DNA of 32,000 nt from Candidatus Helarchaeota ASGARD archaeon Hel_GB_B (GTDB lineage: Archaea > Asgardarchaeota > Lokiarchaeia > Helarchaeales > HEL-GB-B). The stretch's first letter is position 1, and each line of letters begins with the position of its first letter. This document shows positions 27,317 through 32,000 of the stretch, piece after piece. Position numbers and translations under genes: made by a program. The stretch lies in the NCBI GenBank assembly GCA_005191425.1, contig SUPR01000018.1, positions 1 to 32,000 of the forward strand, given 5' to 3'. The notes beneath the pieces were generated by a model. The model saw only the letters and a program-made list of their open reading frames with translations. It did not search any database and was not told the DNA's origin.

Positions 27317-28615
27317 ATGGAGATTAAAATAGAAAAATCAAATGAAAAGGACAAAAATTCTGACGCTAGCAACAAAATTTTAAAAAGAGCTATCGATGCC
27401 TATTCAAAAGGAGAAAAATTAGTATTCAAAAGAAAATTTAAAAGCGCAGAAACTCATTTTAAGAAGTCATTTAATTATTTTATGCAATTAAATGATAAAA
27501 TTAGGGGTGAAAAAGTACTTTTAAAACTTACGGAATGTTACTTAATAGAAAATCAATATCATAATGCATCTAGTACTATGCGAGATGCTGCAAACTTACG
27601 GTTATTGGACAATAAATTTATAAATGCAATTGAACATTATCAATCGGTTATAGAATTACTATTAAAATTAGATGAAAAGGCAGTTTATATACCAAAAATT
27701 CTTGAGATTATTTCATTTATTTCAATGTGCTATCTTGCTGTCGGAAATTTTGATATGGCAGCAGAATCTTTAAAAAAGAACCTTTCAAAATATGGAAAAG
27801 GATTTAAAAATAAATCTAAAATAAAAATTCTTCACTATGTCACAAATATTAATAACTTAATTTTAACTAAAAAGATAGATGATTTAAAAGAATTAAAAAA
27901 AGAAATGTTAAAACTCAACTTAAGGGATGGGGAAAGGCGTTTATTCAATAGAATATTTGAAATATTAAATGTATTTACTGATAGCACAATTTCATTAAGA
28001 ATAGTTGAGAAAGAAATTAGGGCCGGTGATCAATTTACTATATTTGGGACATTAAATTCAAAAAATGATGTGGAGATTAAGTCTATTTCTCTCAATCTAG
28101 AACATGGACTAAAAATTATATCTGGTCCACAAATATCGGAAAATAAAATTAGTTTTACTGCAAAATTGATTTCAAAAATTTCAGGTAATTCAAAAATCGA
28201 TATAAACCTAATTTGCATTACTGAAGATTTTGAATTTCCATTATCAAGTAAAAAAGTAATTAAAATTAAGGAAGGCTATCCCATTATTCAATTTTATCCG
28301 AGTACAGACCAATTAATAGGTAAAATTGAGCAACCATTAAGTTTAAATTTTGTAGTAAAAAATGTAGGAATGGGTGAAGCCGTAGATTTAAGTCTAATTA
28401 TAGAGCACTCAGTTGGAATTCAATTGATCGAAGGGACAAAAGAAAAAAAATTACATTCACTCGCGCCCCAAGAAGAATTTGTTTTTGTTTATAACCTAAC
28501 TGGTAAAATACTAGGAAAACATATTATCAAAGCAAAATTGTCATACCAAGGTATAAACTCATCTGATAAATTTCCTGATATAATAAAAGAAATAGATATT
28601 GCGATAGTTAGTTAA
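27317..28615 (+). CDS. TPR/alpha-SNAP-like solenoid followed by two Ig-like (CARDB-type) beta-sandwich domains
   Basis: Residues ~20-170 are helical-hairpin repeats (AETHFKKS, ECYL, DAANL, AIEHY, CYLAVGNFDMAAE). The C-terminal half has alternating beta strands (AGDQFTIFGTL; LNFVVKNVGMGEA...LAPQEEF...GKHIIKAKLSY). Confidence 0.7.
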   Translation: MEIKIEKSNEKDKNSDASNKILKRAIDAYSKGEKLVFKRKFKSAETHFKKSFNYFMQLNDKIRGEKVLLKLTECYLIENQYHNASSTMRDAANLRLLDNKFINAIEHYQSVIELLLKLDEKAVYIPKILEIISFISMCYLAVGNFDMAAESLKKNLSKYGKGFKNKSKIKILHYVTNINNLILTKKIDDLKELKKEMLKLNLRDGERRLFNRIFEILNVFTDSTISLRIVEKEIRAGDQFTIFGTLNSKNDVEIKSISLNLEHGLKIISGPQISENKISFTAKLISKISGNSKIDINLICITEDFEFPLSSKKVIKIKEGYPIIQFYPSTDQLIGKIEQPLSLNFVVKNVGMGEAVDLSLIIEHSVGIQLIEGTKEKKLHSLAPQEEFVFVYNLTGKILGKHIIKAKLSYQGINSSDKFPDIIKEIDIAIVS

Positions 28616-28623
28616 AAAGATAA

Positions 28624-29097
28624 TTATTTTAAAATATATTTAGAAATATCTTCATCTCTTTTTAATTTCTTTTTTGATTGTATCTTTTGCTCTAATTCTG
28701 AATTTTTATTGATGTTAATTGCCGGAAAATTGTTATAAAATTTGTTGAAATCATTAAATTTATTAAACCAATTAATGTCTATTTTATTTTCAATATTATT
28801 GCCTTCAAAAGGTGTATTTATTGATACTTGAGGAATTTGTGGTTTATTAATATTATTTTTAGGTGGAAAAATATTCAAATTATTATCTTGACCCTCGGAA
28901 TTTATGTTAAAATTTTTATTTATTCGGATTTTTTTATTGGTAATAAGATTATTTTGCCATTCAATATTATTATTAAACAATTCAACATCAAAAATTGGCT
29001 TTATATCATTACTTAAACTTAAATTTGAAGAATTTAATCCACAAATTGGACAAAAGCCTTCCGTTATTATAGCACCGCACTTCTTACAAATATCCAT
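28624..29097 (-). CDS. Small zinc-ribbon protein with an Asn-rich low-complexity tail
   Basis: N-terminal CKKCG...CPICG. The ORF fits between the flanking genes without overlap. Confidence 0.6.
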   Translation of the reverse strand: MDICKKCGAIITEGFCPICGLNSSNLSLSNDIKPIFDVELFNNNIEWQNNLITNKKIRINKNFNINSEGQDNNLNIFPPKNNINKPQIPQVSINTPFEGNNIENKIDINWFNKFNDFNKFYNNFPAININKNSELEQKIQSKKKLKRDEDISKYILK

Positions 29098-29240
29098 TTT
29101 ATCATCTTACCAATTTATTAAAATTAAGAAATATATTTTTTTATTCTATAAAATTATTATGTATAACAGTACAATAAATATTTTTATTGAGTTTAACAAT
29201 AAAACTATAATCAATAATAAATTTATAAGTTGAGGAAAGA

Positions 29241-29999
29241 ATGGTAGAAAATGATATAAAAATAGTATTGAAGGATAACTATAAAGAAGTTAAATCACCT
29301 ACAGTTATAGTCGGACTACCTTCAACTGGTTTAGTAGGATTAATATCCGCATTGCATATAATAGAAACAATGGAAATGGAATATTGTGGTTATGTCGAAT
29401 CTAAAAGATTTCCCCCTATTATATTAATCCACAATTCTGAATTAGCGCTTCCATTAAGAATTTACCAAAAGGATAAAATGCTAGTAATCATTTCTGAGAT
29501 CTCACTTCCTACCGAGCCTGAAATAATTAATGATATTACAAGTGTTCTGGCTGATTGGGTTAAAAGTTTAGACCCTGAATATATTTTAATTTTAAGGGGC
29601 AATCCTATCCCCAATAGAATGAATATTGAAGTTCCAAATTGTTATGGTTTAGGTACATCTGAAAAATTAAACAATTTACTTGATAAAGTAGAATGTGGTA
29701 TAATGGAACATGGCATAATTACAGGTATCGATGCCTTACTAATGTGGGAATGCTCAAAACAAAATTTACCTGCAATTACACTTGCTACTGATGCATTTCC
29801 AAACTTACCAGATCCTGGGGCTGCAGCGGTCGTTATAGATAAAATCAATAAAATTCTAGGAATTTATATAGATCCCGCCAAGTTAATTGAAAATGCTGAA
29901 GATCTACGTATTAAAATGCGAGATATGATGAAAAATACTGCTGCTCAACAAGCACACTTGCAAAGTAAAGAGTTCCAAATTCCTCCAATGTATGGATAA
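29241..29999 (+). CDS. PAC2-family proteasome assembly chaperone (PbaA/PbaB-like) with C-terminal HbYX
   Basis: GLPSTGLVG, P.RIY, GIITGIDALL, PDPGAAA..I; ends ...PPMYG. Confidence 0.9.
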   Translation: MVENDIKIVLKDNYKEVKSPTVIVGLPSTGLVGLISALHIIETMEMEYCGYVESKRFPPIILIHNSELALPLRIYQKDKMLVIISEISLPTEPEIINDITSVLADWVKSLDPEYILILRGNPIPNRMNIEVPNCYGLGTSEKLNNLLDKVECGIMEHGIITGIDALLMWECSKQNLPAITLATDAFPNLPDPGAAAVVIDKINKILGIYIDPAKLIENAEDLRIKMRDMMKNTAAQQAHLQSKEFQIPPMYG

Positions 30000-30009
30000 A
30001 GGTGATTAT

Positions 30010-30492
30010 ATGTCGATTGAAAGAAAAAGAGATAAGAAAAATATTTTTGATGTAATTGATGAAATGTTTGATAGCCTACAAAGAGCAATTTCAAAAGAAT
30101 TTGAAAGTTTTATGGATTTTGGCCATATAAATAGACCATTATGGAGCGTAGATGAAGAATGCTGTTCTTTAGAGCCCCTTGTAGATATCAAAGCAACAAA
30201 AGATGAAGTAATAATTGTAGTAGATTTACCAAAAGTAAAAAATAAAAACGATATTGATTTAAATGTTTCAAAAAATACAATTGAACTAAAAGCCGAACTT
30301 GAAAACAAAATTTGTTATGAAAAATGGGGCGGGTTCCAAAAAACAATAGAATTTTGTCAATTTCGTAAAACTATTAACCTCCCTTGGAAAATAGACCCAG
30401 ATAAAATTCAAGCAAAGTTTAAAAATGGTATTCTAGAAATAAGAGCAAAAAGAATTAATGAATTTAAATCCATTAAAATAAGTGATGAATAA
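30010..30492 (+). CDS. hsp20: Small heat-shock protein, Hsp20 family
   Basis: EPLVDI...VVDLP...LPWKIDPDKIQAKFKNGILEI and a C-terminal IKI motif. ATG 30010 follows GGTGA (30001-30005). Confidence 0.92.
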   Translation: MSIERKRDKKNIFDVIDEMFDSLQRAISKEFESFMDFGHINRPLWSVDEECCSLEPLVDIKATKDEVIIVVDLPKVKNKNDIDLNVSKNTIELKAELENKICYEKWGGFQKTIEFCQFRKTINLPWKIDPDKIQAKFKNGILEIRAKRINEFKSIKISDE

Positions 30493-30811
30493 ATATATAC
30501 CTTTTTTTATACTGAATTAAAATATAATGTCTTTTAAATTGAACTTTAAATTGAAAAATAAAAAATATATTCAAATCTAAAGTAATCTTTAACCATATAT
30601 TTTTTATTAGACCTAAATTATTTTTTAAAAAATCATAATTCCTAATTATATTAGCTATGATATTTTAAATGATAAAATTTATAGTTAACATTAATTAAAT
30701 TCTCGATATTGAATTAATAAAGAATAAACTTTAATTAATATAAGTATAAAGAATTAAATAATCGGTAAAAAACAAATTAAAAATAGAATTTTTCTCAATT
30801 CGGTGAAAATA

Positions 30812-31717
30812 TTGAAGGTAATTTTAGGGTTAAATACTTGTTTTGCTGTTAAACGATGGGTAGAACCTTCTGAATGGACAAAAATATTAATAAATTTAGG
30901 TGTTTCAGATTGTCAACTTAGTCTAGATCTACTTGAACCATTTACAGAAGAAGTAGCAAAATCGATGATGATAAATGAGATAATTGGATATACAACTCAA
31001 TATGATATTTATATCCACTCTGCATTTACAGGGCTTGCTGCTTATAGTTATAATTTATTGGCACACCCAGATTTTGGTATGCGGATGAGCTTTTTATATT
31101 GGTATCAACTTGCAATCGAAATTGCTAGTAGCCTAGGATGTAGGGGGGTTGGAGGCCATATTGCTGCTTTTACTGTTAAAGATTATAAAGATAAAACAAG
31201 AAGAGAATATTTAACAAACGCTGTTATTGATTCTTTGAGATATTTAGCAGCTCAATCAAAATTGAATGAATTGGAGTATTTTTTAGTCGAACCAATGCCT
31301 CTTGCTAGAGAACAACCATTTGAAATTGAAGGCGCTAAAAAATTTTATGAAATGGTAAATAGGGATAATATTGGAGTACCAATAAAATATTGTATTGATT
31401 TAGGGCATTCTTGCGCAGTAGCATGCCATGATGAATATAGTAGAGACCCTTATAATTGGCTAAGAGAACTAGCAGAATATTCTCCAGAAATTCATATACA
31501 ACAAACTGATGGAATAGCTGATAGACATTGGCCTTTTATTGATGAATATAATAAAAAAGGTATAATTGAACCAACAAAAGTACTGGACGCAATTGAAGAA
31601 TCTGGGACAAAAGAAGTGTCCTTATTTCTTGAAATAATCCATCCATTTGAAGCTGATGAAGAGAAAGTTTTAGATGATATTACTAAAAGCGTTGAATATT
31701 GGAAGCAATATATTTAA
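30812..31717 (+). CDS. Xylose-isomerase-like TIM barrel, EryC (D-erythrulose-1-phosphate 3-epimerase)-like
   Basis: LGLNT.FAVKRW.EP, HPD..MR...W, EPM...RE, D.GH, DPY.W, IHIQQ, H.PF..EYN.KG.I.P, LE..H, SVEYW match the Brucella EryC layout from memory. TTG 30812 follows GGTGA. Confidence 0.75.
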   Translation: MKVILGLNTCFAVKRWVEPSEWTKILINLGVSDCQLSLDLLEPFTEEVAKSMMINEIIGYTTQYDIYIHSAFTGLAAYSYNLLAHPDFGMRMSFLYWYQLAIEIASSLGCRGVGGHIAAFTVKDYKDKTRREYLTNAVIDSLRYLAAQSKLNELEYFLVEPMPLAREQPFEIEGAKKFYEMVNRDNIGVPIKYCIDLGHSCAVACHDEYSRDPYNWLRELAEYSPEIHIQQTDGIADRHWPFIDEYNKKGIIEPTKVLDAIEESGTKEVSLFLEIIHPFEADEEKVLDDITKSVEYWKQYI

Positions 31718-31792
31718 AATTGTTAATATCATACTCAAAAGCTTTTTAATAAATATTTTTTTATTCTACTAAATGAATTTGGATGTTTTAAA

Positions 31793-32000
31793 ATGGAACT
31801 AATTTGGGTTTGTCCTTTATTGGGAACTACCGACTATGTCCAATCTGAGAAATCAGACTCAATTCGAAGTATAGCACTTAGACTATTATGGAAGTATAAT
31901 GACCAAGTTATAGACTTATTAGGTGGGTCTTATGGCAATATCAGAGCAAAACCTAATATTTCATTGGTTTCTGTAAAAGTTTATCAAATAATTAAAGGTA
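31793..32000 (+). CDS. Hypothetical protein, 3'-truncated by the window edge
   Basis: ATG 31793 opens a stop-free frame to the window end (MELIWVCPLLGTTDYVQSEKSDSIRSIALRLLWKYNDQVIDLLGG...). Confidence 0.55.
   Translation, partial: MELIWVCPLLGTTDYVQSEKSDSIRSIALRLLWKYNDQVIDLLGGSYGNIRAKPNISLVSVKVYQIIKG

Noticed and set aside
2625-30308. Antisense or shadow ORFs in the track (2625..2846, 7993..8253, 9239..9511, 9511..9741, 11378..11611, 11749..12033, 14388..14714, 18070..18402, 21149..21367, 21814..22284, 23468..23944, 24825..25037, 25308..25913, 28030..28218, 28828..29016, 28904..29233, 29642..29848, 30006..30308)
   Set aside because: Each lies opposite a well-supported gene, has no recognisable motif, and shows the composition expected from reverse-complemented coding sequence.
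1-32000. tRNA, rRNA, CRISPR arrays, IS elements or prophage genes
   Set aside because: No cloverleaf or GC-rich structural RNA, no periodic direct repeats, and no transposase, integrase or capsid motifs were seen by eye; tRNAscan, Infernal or CRISPR finders would be needed to exclude short elements formally.

Overview
Very AT-rich archaeal chromosome segment. Gene content (HMf-type histone, roadblock/Rab-like GTPase fusion, longin-like and SNAP/TPR-like proteins, PAC2 chaperone, IorAB, geranylgeranyl reductase) points to an Asgard archaeon, probably Lokiarchaeia/Helarchaeales-like; this is an inference. About 30 genes, mixing metabolism (lipoate ligase, SDR, IorAB, MetV-like, SuhB, GGR, DUF89, corrinoid protein, thiolase, aminotransferase, EryC-like epimerase), proteostasis (AN1-M50, S8 protease, PAC2, Hsp20, Pcm-like) and eukaryotic-signature-like proteins. 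I found no tRNA, rRNA, CRISPR array or transposase. Two genes are split in the ORF track: a 403-codon unknown gene with one in-frame TAG (9633-9635), and the GGR gene with a 1-nt frameshift in an A6 run (17218-17223). Other points of interest: a histone with Asp at the stacking Gly and an altered L2 loop, a GTPase with DxxA in place of DxxG, a tail-anchored subtilase without a signal peptide, a MetV/zinc-ribbon chimera coupled to iorAB, and several probable pseudo-enzymes. No single multi-gene novel system is demonstrable from sequence alone. All family assignments come from motif recognition, not database searches.
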